DNA of 64,000 nt from IMG/VR virus record IMGVR_UViG_3300025133_000024; one strand, 5' to 3'. Positions 21,039 to 30,727 of the stretch are shown here, piece after piece. Every line of letters starts with the position of its first letter. The stretch's first letter is position 1. The position numbers and the translations under genes were made by a program. The DNA is from a virus. The notes under the pieces were generated by a model. That model was not told where the DNA came from and searched no databases. It saw only the letters and a list, made by a program, of their open reading frames with translations.

Positions 21039-21475
21039 TTTTTCTCCATTTTCTTTTCGTAAGTTGTCATTTCTTTTACAACTTTCATTTTAACAAAAGT
21101 TTCATTATTTTTCTCAAGAAACTTCTTGCTTCTTTTTAAAATTAATTCGATTTCTTGTTCACTTGGGCACTCATTCAGAAATACCCAATAAGACCACCAA
21201 TGTTTTTTGTTGTCTCCTGACTTGCAAATATTAGAATTAAAAACTTTATGCCCGTTCCATTCTAATATGTCAAGCCAATCAAGAAAAATACTTTCACCAT
21301 GTTCATTAACAAACAAAGGACATTCTTCTAAAAAATCAACAAGTTCTTCACCACCGGCTCCACAATCACTCATAACGCCTGTTGCATACGAGCATAACTC
21401 TCTATGCCATGAACCAGGATATTCTTTAGTTTCAACAATAAAAACATATCTCTCACTATCATGAAAGTCTGACAT
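21035..21475 (-). CDS. hypothetical protein
   Basis: ORF, ATGA overlap. Confidence 0.6.
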   Translation of the reverse strand: MSDFHDSERYVFIVETKEYPGSWHRELCSYATGVMSDCGAGGEELVDFLEECPLFVNEHGESIFLDWLDILEWNGHKVFNSNICKSGDNKKHWWSYWVFLNECPSEQEIELILKRSKKFLEKNNETFVKMKVVKEMTTYEKKMEKK

Positions 21476-21747
21476 TACTTCTCCAATTTCTTTTCATGGT
21501 GTTTTTGTCGCGATTGTTCAGATAAAAGTCTCTTTCTCATTTTTTCAAAATCTTTCTTGCCCATGTATTCTTTCAAAATATCACTAGAAAAAAAAGACTC
21601 AATATTATAAGATGGTTTGTCATCGGATGTGTTAGGGTCTTTGATTGCTACAAATACGACTGAGGGGTATAAATCATAACCCTCTAACATAGGCATTGTT
21701 GTTGGGGACGCTAACTTCCATGTATTTTTCTTTCGATGATTCTCCAT
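21475..21747 (-). CDS. hypothetical protein
   Basis: ORF, TAATG overlap. Confidence 0.55.
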   Translation of the reverse strand: MENHRKKNTWKLASPTTMPMLEGYDLYPSVVFVAIKDPNTSDDKPSYNIESFFSSDILKEYMGKKDFEKMRKRLLSEQSRQKHHEKKLEK

Positions 21748-22168
21748 TTGTTTTTTTCACTCTCTCTAGTTCAAATTTATTTACATGTTCGGCTCCCAAC
21801 CAAGGAACAAGTCTGGAAATATCTAATCCAGGTTCATCCTTTATTTGCTTCTTAATTTCATGAAGTGGGTTGTATCTGTTACTTGATAATATAGGTTTCA
21901 TCTCCAGCAACTGTTCTCTTGTTTTCTTTCTAAAGGGGTAAAACAACAAAAATTTAACAGTATAAAACAAAGATACAAAAAATTCAGGAATCAAATAAAA
22001 ATACAATTTAAATTGTTTAAAATGTTTTCTTTCCATATTATATTGGTGAAATTTTCCGTACCAATATCTCTTGTATTGTTCTTCTGCGATTTTATCTTCT
22101 GAATCCATAATTGAAACTTCAATAGGGCGCATAAAGTTTTTTTCAATGTTGCTTAAATTTTCTGTCAT
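21674..22168 (-). CDS. hypothetical protein
   Basis: ORF, start trimmed to MTENL after SD. Confidence 0.55.
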   Translation of the reverse strand: MTENLSNIEKNFMRPIEVSIMDSEDKIAEEQYKRYWYGKFHQYNMERKHFKQFKLYFYLIPEFFVSLFYTVKFLLFYPFRKKTREQLLEMKPILSSNRYNPLHEIKKQIKDEPGLDISRLVPWLGAEHVNKFELERVKKTNGESSKEKYMEVSVPNNNAYVRGL

Positions 22169-22182
22169 TTCATGTCCTCTTT

Positions 22183-23436
22183 TTAAAGCTCTTTCACTTC
22201 CCATGATTCATATCCTTTTCTATTTTCCCAAGAACCATGTTTTTCAACAACATCATCCATAATTTTAACCCATTTTTCTTCAAACTTGTTAAAATTATAG
22301 TTTTTATGCATATGCTTCATTCCGTTCAAACCCATCTTTTCATACTTTTCAGGCTTGTTTTTCCACATATCATAAAGTTCTTTGAGTTTTTTCAAAAATG
22401 TTTCTTTGTTAATCCTGTCTTCATAAATGTAAGGAACCTGCTGAGAGCCGACGACCATTTGTGAACATGGCCTAATTCCTCTTCCAAACCATTTCTTTCC
22501 ATCTGTCACTTGCTCTTGAAGTCCACCTGTCATCGTAACCAACACAGGAGTTGCACAATTAAGACTCTCCAAACAACTTAAACCAAAGCCCTCAGCATCA
22601 GAAATTGCAACTGTCAAGTCAACAGCGTTATACATTTGACATAAAGTTTCAGGAACAACAGCAGCCGTTGAAAACTTAACTTGTCCATCCATCAAATCAA
22701 AATCCACCACAATTTGTTCCAAATCAGGTCCATTAGGGTCTTTTGGGTTTGTATGCATCAACAACATTGCCTTGTCATGACCAACCATATCAAGAAAATC
22801 CTTGAACCAAACAATAAGATTCCCAGACATTTTTCTTCGTGCATTTCTACTATTAAAAAACAAGACAAACTTATCTTTGTCTTCCTTCAAAATATCTTCT
22901 TTCACTGCTTTCGAATTTAACCTGCAAAAAACATCTGGATTTGTTGTATGAGGAAGATATTCAGAGTCCACTGAGGGAGAGACTTCTTTCACAATATCAT
23001 GCGTTACTTTAGAAATACACACAATCTTGTCATTACTTTTGTAAAATTTGTCATTGTATTTGGGGGCATAATAGTTGTCCCACACATGGTAGTATACCAT
23101 CGGAATCAACGGGCGAACTTCGTTCTCAATCGTCCACAGCCATTCATAAAATCTTGGGTCTGTCATAAACCACAAAACATCCGGTCGCTCTGTTCTCAAA
23201 ATAGAGCGAATTGCATCTTGATTTCCATATCCATCAACAGGATAAACAATAAAGTCTTCTCCCCAGGGGTCAATTGCTTGTGGCTCATAAGATTGATGTT
23301 TGATTGCACCACCCAAACAAACAAATTTATAGCGGTCTGTTTTTAATAATGCTTCAATAAACATTTTTGTTTGAGTTCCAACTCCAGATGGACTCATGGG
23401 ATGGTCACTTATAACCAATACTTTTTTCTTATTCAT
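22183..23436 (-). CDS. GT4-family glycosyltransferase
   Basis: SGVG, RNARRK, EGFGLSCLE. Confidence 0.9.
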   Translation of the reverse strand: MNKKKVLVISDHPMSPSGVGTQTKMFIEALLKTDRYKFVCLGGAIKHQSYEPQAIDPWGEDFIVYPVDGYGNQDAIRSILRTERPDVLWFMTDPRFYEWLWTIENEVRPLIPMVYYHVWDNYYAPKYNDKFYKSNDKIVCISKVTHDIVKEVSPSVDSEYLPHTTNPDVFCRLNSKAVKEDILKEDKDKFVLFFNSRNARRKMSGNLIVWFKDFLDMVGHDKAMLLMHTNPKDPNGPDLEQIVVDFDLMDGQVKFSTAAVVPETLCQMYNAVDLTVAISDAEGFGLSCLESLNCATPVLVTMTGGLQEQVTDGKKWFGRGIRPCSQMVVGSQQVPYIYEDRINKETFLKKLKELYDMWKNKPEKYEKMGLNGMKHMHKNYNFNKFEEKWVKIMDDVVEKHGSWENRKGYESWEVKEL

Positions 23437-23449
23437 CTAAAACCTCTTT

Positions 23450-23827
23450 TTAATTTATCTCTTCTATACAGAGATGTCCCCCACGGTCTAAGCTATTTTT
23501 ATTCATAACTGATAGAACAAAATTATGAACCTCAGGGTCAAATGTAGAATTAATTACTGTAAAATATTTCTTAATAGATTCATCACTACTTTTCACATAA
23601 TAAGGAATAAGCTCTGCATGAGCCTCAACCATATAAACAACACAAAACTTTATTTCATCTTTGTATTTAGGTTCATAAAATAAATCGCTGCTAACATAAC
23701 CAATTGAATCACCATAATACGTTAATAAGTCTTTGAACATATCAGAACCATCATCACTTGCTGGGTCAACAATAACCGAATATCCTAACCAACAATCAAT
23801 TTCCATTTCTTTAACCTTACCACTCAT
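23450..23827 (-). CDS. hypothetical protein
   Basis: ORF. Confidence 0.55.
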   Translation of the reverse strand: MSGKVKEMEIDCWLGYSVIVDPASDDGSDMFKDLLTYYGDSIGYVSSDLFYEPKYKDEIKFCVVYMVEAHAELIPYYVKSSDESIKKYFTVINSTFDPEVHNFVLSVMNKNSLDRGGHLCIEEIN

Positions 23828-23882
23828 TTATTAAACACCATACACTTGAAATTGGATATTATCATACATTTATGTTTTTTTC

Positions 23883-24053
23883 TCATTTTTTTGCAAAATT
23901 ATTTTTCATAAGACAAAACTTCAGTGCAGCCATTAACATTATATTCAATTTCATTTCCTTTCTTTTTCGCAAAATTATCATGTTTGTATACAAACTCAGA
24001 GCTAAATTTCCCTTAGAAGTGTAAAAGTAATGACCTTTTTTAGCTATTTTCAT
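23883..24053 (-). pseudogene. frameshifted KG[DE]L small-protein family member
   Basis: MKIAKKGHYF start; family C-terminus EVLSYEK* lies in -1 frame after an A5 run. Confidence 0.5.
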
Positions 24054-24252
24054 CTTTGTCCTCATAAGAAATATATTTATAGTGATTATGGAGACATCTG
24101 TTCGTTACAATACTCGTATCCTCATACCTCTCTATACCAACTATAAAATATTTTGGGTCTTTATATATGACTAAAAATTCGTTTTTGTTTAGTCTAAGAT
24201 TTATGAGATATTCATAATCAAAGTTTGATATTGACAAAGCACCTTTACTCAT
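24040..24252 (-). CDS. small KG[DE]L...LxY family protein
   Basis: MSKGAL...YISYEDKDENS. Confidence 0.6.
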   Translation of the reverse strand: MSKGALSISNFDYEYLINLRLNKNEFLVIYKDPKYFIVGIERYEDTSIVTNRCLHNHYKYISYEDKDENS

Positions 24253-24430
24253 TTTCTTCCTCGTATGTTAAAATGTGAAAATAAGGGTTGTTATGAACAC
24301 TTGATTTCATTTCAATAATTTGCGATCCTGTGGGGATAATATACAACCTTTTATTATTTTTTAATATTAAATGAACAGAATTAAAAACCTTATCCAATAA
24401 AACAGTTCCATTATCATAAAGTGACTTCAT
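24245..24430 (-). CDS. small KG[DE]L...LxY family protein
   Basis: ends ILTYEEENE. Confidence 0.55.
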   Translation of the reverse strand: MKSLYDNGTVLLDKVFNSVHLILKNNKRLYIIPTGSQIIEMKSSVHNNPYFHILTYEEENE

Positions 24431-24431
24431 G

Positions 24432-25316
24432 TTACCACCTACAATATTCAGTTTTATAAAATGAACAGAATTTACAAGAATCTCGATTCTTTGGGAACAA
24501 ATTCAACTCATCACTTTTGATAACTTTGCTGAGGAGGGAGAGAGCGTTGCTTGTTTTTTTGTTGCCCGAAGAGATTCTTAACAACTCAACCTTTTCTTCC
24601 TTTGCTGTTCTCTTGAGAAGAATAAAATAAGTCTCAACGTCCTTTTTATCCCAGTTGTATTTGTTGCACAGAAAGTTCTTGTATAACGTCAATTGATAAG
24701 TTATTTTGGGGTCTGTTTTTTTCTTAAGGTTCCAGCCCCAAGATGTTGTTTTAAAATCGATAATATGAATTTTATTGTCTTTTTTGGTTTTTAGAATCAA
24801 ATCCACAAAACCTGTGAAAACATATCCCTTTTGCTTCAGGGGCGTATAAATTCTGTCTTCACATCCTAGAACTTCATAATCACCAAAGTATTCTTTCAAA
24901 CAAGGAAGAATCAAGTTTGAAATTTCTTGACCTTGAAGTCTCATCTCAGAAAGTAGTTTTTTATTAAAAGTTTTATAAAGATTGTCTTTGAAGTGTTTTA
25001 AGGTGGCAGGATAAGTGTTTAGTTTTTGTTCTGTCAGTTTCTTGTTATTGTAGAACTCGATGAAGAATTTTGAGGCTAGAAACAAAACAAGGCTTTTGTC
25101 ATAGTGTTCAACAAAAGCCTTATCAAAATTTTCTGTTAGGTTTTCTAATGCGATTTGCTCACATATATCATGAATTACATTTCCAAAAATAGTATATTCA
25201 TTAGCCGTGAACGAAGAAAGTTTTTCTCGATATGAGAGTTTATATCTGTATGGGCACTCAATCCATGTTTTTATCGCTGAGTATGATATTTTTCTTTTGG
25301 GTTTTTTTAGATTCAT
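24432..25316 (-). CDS. PD-(D/E)XK exonuclease (RecB/Cas4-like)
   Basis: ECPYRY, GFVDLIL, IIDFKT, QLTLY, C-terminal CKFC..C. Confidence 0.9.
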   Translation of the reverse strand: MNLKKPKRKISYSAIKTWIECPYRYKLSYREKLSSFTANEYTIFGNVIHDICEQIALENLTENFDKAFVEHYDKSLVLFLASKFFIEFYNNKKLTEQKLNTYPATLKHFKDNLYKTFNKKLLSEMRLQGQEISNLILPCLKEYFGDYEVLGCEDRIYTPLKQKGYVFTGFVDLILKTKKDNKIHIIDFKTTSWGWNLKKKTDPKITYQLTLYKNFLCNKYNWDKKDVETYFILLKRTAKEEKVELLRISSGNKKTSNALSLLSKVIKSDELNLFPKNRDSCKFCSFYKTEYCRW

Positions 25317-25569
25317 TTTTCTTCTTTTTACATAATTTTTCTTTCAACAAAAACTTAAAATTCCCTTCTAGTTTGTTCACATCCCAATTGCATACATAAT
25401 CAACCTCTCCAAGATAATTCTCAATGTTATAGCCTTTGTCTGTTAATTCTTTTTCTGCGTCCTTCCAGGAATACGCAAATTTCGCGTGCCTTGCTAGTAC
25501 TCGTGCTTTTAATATAACACGTAGGGACACCTCTTGGCAAGTCTTTTTTATTTTTTTTTCTTTAAACAT
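25258..25569 (-). CDS. hypothetical protein
   Basis: ORF. Confidence 0.5.
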   Translation of the reverse strand: MFKEKKIKKTCQEVSLRVILKARVLARHAKFAYSWKDAEKELTDKGYNIENYLGEVDYVCNWDVNKLEGNFKFLLKEKLCKKKKNESKKTQKKNIILSDKNMD

Positions 25570-26260
25570 TTTGGCCCGTTACCTCCATCTCTAAGTCCTT
25601 GATTCTATTGAACAAATTTGGACACACCACTTCAAGTCTCTCTTTACCGGCTAAATAATAATGCTCAAACCCATTGGCAAAATACTCTCTCAGAGATGTT
25701 GCAGCATAGGGAGAATAGAACAAATCTTGAGTAAAAGCTTCCAATTTATCATAACCGATGTGGTGATAAAACAACTCATCTATTTCTTCGTCATAATCAG
25801 GCGAATGGAACTTGTTATACAACTGTTTATTAAAGTTTAGCCCTTTATTTGACAAGGTTTGATAAAGATTATATCTTTTTTCAATAAATTCACCTTCAAG
25901 AGTTTTATCACCATAAATTAGGTTGTAATATCTTTCTTCTAGAGCATGACCCAATTCATGAACAACATCATCTAAAAAATCTGATTCTGATTCTTGTCGA
26001 TTTGTGACATAAATTGCATTATCTTTGAAGATAGCATTAATTTCTCGTTGTTCGAATTCTTTAATATGAGCAACATAAATCCCATCAATCGCATTAAAAT
26101 ATCTCGGCGGGATATTTTTTTTAACATAATCGACAATATAATTTATATTAAAGAATTCAGGAAGAGAATGAACAATCGTCATTTGACAATTATTAGTTAT
26201 TTCAACAATGCTTTGTTTGTTTTTTTCAGGAATTGCTTTCTTTATATATTCTAAAATCAT
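25562..26260 (-). CDS. zinc metallopeptidase-like (HExxH)
   Basis: VVHELGHALE, downstream REYFANGF. Confidence 0.7.
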   Translation of the reverse strand: MILEYIKKAIPEKNKQSIVEITNNCQMTIVHSLPEFFNINYIVDYVKKNIPPRYFNAIDGIYVAHIKEFEQREINAIFKDNAIYVTNRQESESDFLDDVVHELGHALEERYYNLIYGDKTLEGEFIEKRYNLYQTLSNKGLNFNKQLYNKFHSPDYDEEIDELFYHHIGYDKLEAFTQDLFYSPYAATSLREYFANGFEHYYLAGKERLEVVCPNLFNRIKDLEMEVTGQNV

Positions 26261-26517
26261 TATTTTTTACCTTCTTCATCTTTTACTTCTTCTTTATCTT
26301 GAAGGGCTTGATTGTATCCTCGAAAAAAATTCTCTTCAGCTAAAATCTGAAGAAACTCAGGAAATTCTTCTGAGAATATGTCGAAGACCATTTCAACATC
26401 AACTTTGTTATCTTCGGGTTTTAATTTTTCTCCTGTATATTCAACAATCAAATCTCGCAAAGTAATATTTTCTTCCGATGTTGTTAAAAGTTTTTTAAGC
26501 AATGGATGTTTAAGCAT
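26260..26517 (-). CDS. hypothetical protein
   Basis: ORF with SD. Confidence 0.6.
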   Translation of the reverse strand: MLKHPLLKKLLTTSEENITLRDLIVEYTGEKLKPEDNKVDVEMVFDIFSEEFPEFLQILAEENFFRGYNQALQDKEEVKDEEGKK

Positions 26518-26528
26518 GATATTTTCCT

Positions 26529-27848
26529 TTATAAAAGTTCTGCTGCTAGGGATGCCACTTCACTTCTGTGACCTTTAATCAAGTGAACATGTCCCGATAA
26601 TTTTTGTTCTTTAAATTTCTCTACAAGATATGTCAAGCCATTCGTTCTTTTGTTAATCTTGTGATTGTCAATTTGGTCAATATCTCCTGTGAAAATAATC
26701 TTAGAACCTTTACCAACCCTGGTTAAAATAGTCTTTATTTCATGTGGGTGAAGATTTTGACTTTCATCAATGATGATAATTGAATTTGCTAGTGAACGTC
26801 CACGAATATAAGTTGGAGCTTCAACTTCAATTATTCCCTCGACAATATATTCTTCAAATATAGATTTATCACCAAATAGAAACTCAAGATTATCTTTAAT
26901 AGGTGAAACCCAAGGAGATAATTTTTCTTGCATATTTCCTGGGAGGTAGCCAATGTCGTTCCCCATTGGTTGAATTGGTCTAGAAACAATGACCTTGTTG
27001 TACTGTTCTGTGACTAAAGTCTGATACAAAGCTGTAGAGAGAGCTAATAATGTCTTTCCACATCCACTTTTCCCGACCAATGTAACAACCGGAACATTTT
27101 TATCCAATAACAAGTTCATTGAAAAATTCTGTTCTTTGTTCAGAGGCACAGCCCAATCAACACTAAAATTATCAAAATCATATTTTTTAAAAGATTTTTT
27201 ATTATATTCTTTGATAAGTTGGAAAATGCCTGATTCTCGATGTCTTACCAAAGCAGATTTATTAGTTTTTGTTTTGAAAATTACAAAGTCATTTGGAAAT
27301 AAATCATATTTTGTTTCTTGGTGAATTTGTTTTTTAACAAATAATAAGTCCATATCTTCTTCTGAAATAGTGTGTGTTTTTGTAGTTTGCAAGGAATAAT
27401 CAAGGGTTTTTTCTTGGGAGACAGTATCTTCGTAATCAATACCTAAAAACATTGCTTTCAACTGGAGGTTGAAGTCGTTTGATAATAACACAACTTTTTT
27501 ATTTTTTTTCTTAAAAAACAAACAAACGTTCAAAATTTTATCATCTGGTTTGTTTAGGTCCAGTTCACCCGATAAATTATCCAAAATATCTTCTTGCAAA
27601 ATAAGAAAGCCATGCTGAGGGGATATTTTTGCTTTTTTCTTGTTGGGTGATTTTTCTATGATTTCTTTTATTAACCTTATGGATTGACGGGCATGATAGC
27701 CACTCTCCTTTTTGTTAGTTTTGTTGTTGTCGAGTTCTTTAATTACTTGATATGGGAGAATTAAGTTGTTTGTTTTGTAATCAAGAATACAGGAAGAATC
27801 GTTAAGGAGGGTGTTTGTGTCTAGAACATAGTAGGTTTTTTTAGCCAT
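26529..27848 (-). CDS. phoH: PIN domain-PhoH ATPase fusion
   Basis: VLDTN, DDKIL, SND (PIN); GKSGCGKT, YIRGRS, IIDESQN, TGDIDQID, HRSEVA. Confidence 0.95.
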   Translation of the reverse strand: MAKKTYYVLDTNTLLNDSSCILDYKTNNLILPYQVIKELDNNKTNKKESGYHARQSIRLIKEIIEKSPNKKKAKISPQHGFLILQEDILDNLSGELDLNKPDDKILNVCLFFKKKNKKVVLLSNDFNLQLKAMFLGIDYEDTVSQEKTLDYSLQTTKTHTISEEDMDLLFVKKQIHQETKYDLFPNDFVIFKTKTNKSALVRHRESGIFQLIKEYNKKSFKKYDFDNFSVDWAVPLNKEQNFSMNLLLDKNVPVVTLVGKSGCGKTLLALSTALYQTLVTEQYNKVIVSRPIQPMGNDIGYLPGNMQEKLSPWVSPIKDNLEFLFGDKSIFEEYIVEGIIEVEAPTYIRGRSLANSIIIIDESQNLHPHEIKTILTRVGKGSKIIFTGDIDQIDNHKINKRTNGLTYLVEKFKEQKLSGHVHLIKGHRSEVASLAAELL

Positions 27849-27937
27849 GTAACGTTTTTTAACTCCAACTTGCAAAAATTAATGGAAAAAAAGTTTCTCC
27901 GTAAAATAGGGAACTTACAGAAAATCGTAAAAAATAC

Positions 27938-27970
27938 TTTACAATAATTAGATTTTTGTGGTATTATAAT
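27938..27970 (+). promoter_or_regulatory. putative sigma70-type promoter for protease gene
   Basis: TTTACA-18-TATTAT (overlapping TATAAT). Confidence 0.45.
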
Positions 27971-28072
27971 TTTGCAAGGAGATGATAATTGGCTGTACAA
28001 GGGTGATAAAATATTTCTTTCTTAATATTATTTATATAAAGAATAGTACTAAGAATAAAAAGGAAAATCATT

Positions 28073-28879
28073 ATGTCTTATAAAACTTTATATAAATTAT
28101 TTATTATTATTTTTATGTTAAATATTTCTTGTTTATATAATATTAAAACTAAAAATATAATAAATAATAAAAAAACATATATACAATCTAGTATATTAAA
28201 ATTAGAAAATAAAGTATATCTAAAAATAATAAATAAAAAAAATAATAAACTTATAAATATTTTAAATTTTAATTCTTCTTCTACTGGTATATATATAAAA
28301 CATAAAAATAAGAAATATTATATTTTAACTGTATTTCATTCTATTAATCAATCTATAAAATATCTAAAAAAAATAAGAAAAGTATTATATCCCAATAAAA
28401 AGAAATATAAATTAAAATTTATATACAAAATTAATGGTATTTCTTATAACTTAAAAAATCATAAATTTAATATACAAAAAATATCTAAAAAATATGATTT
28501 AATGATTTTATATACAAAACAAAAAATAAATTATAAGCCTATGATAATAGCAAAACGAAAACCGAAACAATACACAAAAATTAGAACAGCTTCTGTTCCA
28601 CTTGGATACCATTTCGATAATTTTATTTATACATTTCAAGGAATTTATTTAGGAGAAAGAAAGAAAAAATCATACTTCTTCAGCAAAACAAAAAAATCCC
28701 CAAAAGGAGATTACTCAATATATACCTCAGTGATTTATCCAGGTTCTTCTGGAGGAGCTATCACTCAGAACAATAAATTAATTGGAGTTATTCTTGGTTA
28801 TGATATACGTATACGAAATTCAATGTTATCTGCCACACTAAAAGAAATACAAACCTTTACGAAATTCCTTTTTCAATAA
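28073..28879 (+). CDS. trypsin-like serine protease with signal/lipoprotein leader
   Basis: ILTVFH, YDLMIL, YPGSSGG catalytic triad motifs; only well-supported plus-strand gene. Confidence 0.85.
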   Translation: MSYKTLYKLFIIIFMLNISCLYNIKTKNIINNKKTYIQSSILKLENKVYLKIINKKNNKLINILNFNSSSTGIYIKHKNKKYYILTVFHSINQSIKYLKKIRKVLYPNKKKYKLKFIYKINGISYNLKNHKFNIQKISKKYDLMILYTKQKINYKPMIIAKRKPKQYTKIRTASVPLGYHFDNFIYTFQGIYLGERKKKSYFFSKTKKSPKGDYSIYTSVIYPGSSGGAITQNNKLIGVILGYDIRIRNSMLSATLKEIQTFTKFLFQ

Positions 28880-29207
28880 AGTCATCTCCTAAATCAAATT
28901 GACCTGCTAAATCCATCATCCCTTGTTCATCCAACTCCAATAGATTTAGCAGGTCTTCTCTACTCTGTGTTATTAATAATGCATACCTTAATACAGATTC
29001 ATAAATTATTGAATCCAAATTCTTCCAAATACCAAAGCAAAAAAACTTATCCTTCAGCACCTTCGATGTACACTCTAACTTTAAAGAAATTAACTCCTCC
29101 AAAGTTAAACCATTCAACATCGTTAAAAAATTTCTTGATATTTTCTTCTTCTTGATTAAATGCTCAATAAAAGAAAAATCATTGTACTTCTTAAACTTGT
29201 AAGCCAT
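28857..29207 (-). CDS. hypothetical protein
   Basis: start trimmed to MAYKF. Confidence 0.6.
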   Translation of the reverse strand: MAYKFKKYNDFSFIEHLIKKKKISRNFLTMLNGLTLEELISLKLECTSKVLKDKFFCFGIWKNLDSIIYESVLRYALLITQSREDLLNLLELDEQGMMDLAGQFDLGDDFIEKGIS

Positions 29208-30003
29208 CTTGACCCAACATGTTATCAACCTTATGCTTCTCTTCCTCATAACCAGGAATGTCAATTTTACTGTTAATATCAATGTCTTGAACTTCTTTAA
29301 AAGCTTTATCAGCATGAAGCCAAGTATTAATCAATAAATACCGAACAAACAACTCTTTATTTAAATTATCCGAAATTGAACGATATGCATTTAAAATTAC
29401 ATCATCTATCTCATTCATCATCTCAATTGATTGATTCCTTGCATCCGATTGACCAGAATCACCCTCCAATTCCATTTGCTGCCGTTTTTCAACTCTTTTG
29501 GAAGAATCATCAATATCGGCTGTTGGAAGCTCCAAGTGACCTATGTCCTCTTCTTCACCCTCCTCAGGAATATCAGCAAGCTCACTATCAATCGGTGAAC
29601 TATCAATATCATCAGGGTCTACATGCAGTTTTACCGATTCATTTAACGCGCCTTGAATCTGAGAGACTTCATTTTCAACATCTCTCATATCCAAACTAGT
29701 CTCAAACAAATCTTCCAAAAATAAAGCCGTATATTTTTTAAAATATTCAACCCACTTTTCATTACCACCTAACTTTTTAGTTCTATCATGAATCTTATCT
29801 TTAATTTGAGACAAAACATCATTCAAAACATTAATACCAAGATATTTTGAATATTGCTTGTCCTTTATCTTTTCTTCAACAATAATCTTTCGAACATAAG
29901 ACTTTAATAATGAAATCTCTTTTCTCTCTTTCAAAACCTTGTTCCTATATGTCCTTCTTATCTTTTGCCTTAGATAACTCTCTTGCAAAACATTCATATT
30001 CAC
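29191..30003 (-). CDS. acidic hypothetical protein, possibly virion-internal
   Basis: LQESYLRQKIRR...RKIIVEE N-terminus. Confidence 0.65.
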   Translation of the reverse strand: MNMNVLQESYLRQKIRRTYRNKVLKERKEISLLKSYVRKIIVEEKIKDKQYSKYLGINVLNDVLSQIKDKIHDRTKKLGGNEKWVEYFKKYTALFLEDLFETSLDMRDVENEVSQIQGALNESVKLHVDPDDIDSSPIDSELADIPEEGEEEDIGHLELPTADIDDSSKRVEKRQQMELEGDSGQSDARNQSIEMMNEIDDVILNAYRSISDNLNKELFVRYLLINTWLHADKAFKEVQDIDINSKIDIPGYEEEKHKVDNMLGQDGLQV

Positions 30004-30009
30004 AAACCC

Positions 30010-30231
30010 TTATTCATAAAATTTTTCTTTCAATTTATCCAACTTATCCACAATCTCACGTTTGGTCATCTCCTCCTCAACCTCAACCCCAAATCCCTCA
30101 GCAATCTCCATCAACTTCTCTTTTCTCATCGTCTTCTTATACTCAGCATCCAAAATATGAGGCTTTCCAACCTCCTTAACCTGCTTTCCCTTAACCCTAC
30201 TTAACCAAACCTTTTTCCATCGTTTTCCCAT
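30010..30231 (-). CDS. small protein with Rho-N/HeH-like domain
   Basis: KEKLMEIAEGFGVEV...TKREIVDKL. Confidence 0.6.
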   Translation of the reverse strand: MGKRWKKVWLSRVKGKQVKEVGKPHILDAEYKKTMRKEKLMEIAEGFGVEVEEEMTKREIVDKLDKLKEKFYE

Positions 30232-30282
30232 TTTATATTTTCTCCATAATGTTTTTTATATATCTCACAACCACCTCCGCGC

Positions 30283-30346
30283 CACAGCAGCACACCAAAG
30301 AGCAACGGAGAGAGGTTTTTAGAAGTTTATTGACCCCATGGTCATG
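30283..30346 (-). promoter_or_regulatory. repeated upstream motif (shared with 34797-34860)
   Basis: tctaaaaacctct...ctctttggtgtg(c/t)tgctg. Confidence 0.45.
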
Positions 30347-30395
30347 TGGTGTGTTCATGGCTCTCTGAGGGTCTAATAATTTGAATTAAAATTGT

Positions 30396-30713
30396 TTAAT
30401 CTACCGGGAAGTGTTTTCCAAAGATAGAATCATATAGTCCCGATTCGAATTCATCTAACGAACGTTTTATTTTTGTTGTTACTATTCTTACAATTTCTTC
30501 ATTTCTTTTTTTGCTATACTCGTCACCTGTTTTGAGAAAAGCCAATACAAGAGAGAAAAGTTCGGCTTTCATTCGAGTGATGTTTATTTTCTTTGCTTTG
30601 TATCTTTTATAAATCTTTTTTGCTGTTGATTCAATATCTTCGAAGCTTGGTTTTCTCCTGATAGTGGTGTCTAATATGTGAGGACGACTTTCTTTTAATA
30701 TTTTAATTTTCAT
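30396..30713 (-). CDS. hypothetical protein
   Basis: MKIKILKES N-terminus. Confidence 0.6.
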   Translation of the reverse strand: MKIKILKESRPHILDTTIRRKPSFEDIESTAKKIYKRYKAKKINITRMKAELFSLVLAFLKTGDEYSKKRNEEIVRIVTTKIKRSLDEFESGLYDSIFGKHFPVD

Positions 30714-30727
30714 TCTATATTTACCTT

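Noticed and set aside
1093-23346. Numerous 60-115 aa plus-strand or nested ORFs in the glycan island
   Set aside because: Overlap conserved minus-strand enzymes; no independent support
24432-25316. Cas4 / CRISPR adaptation gene
   Set aside because: Cas4-like PD-(D/E)XK nucleases are common stand-alone phage genes; no cas1 or array nearby
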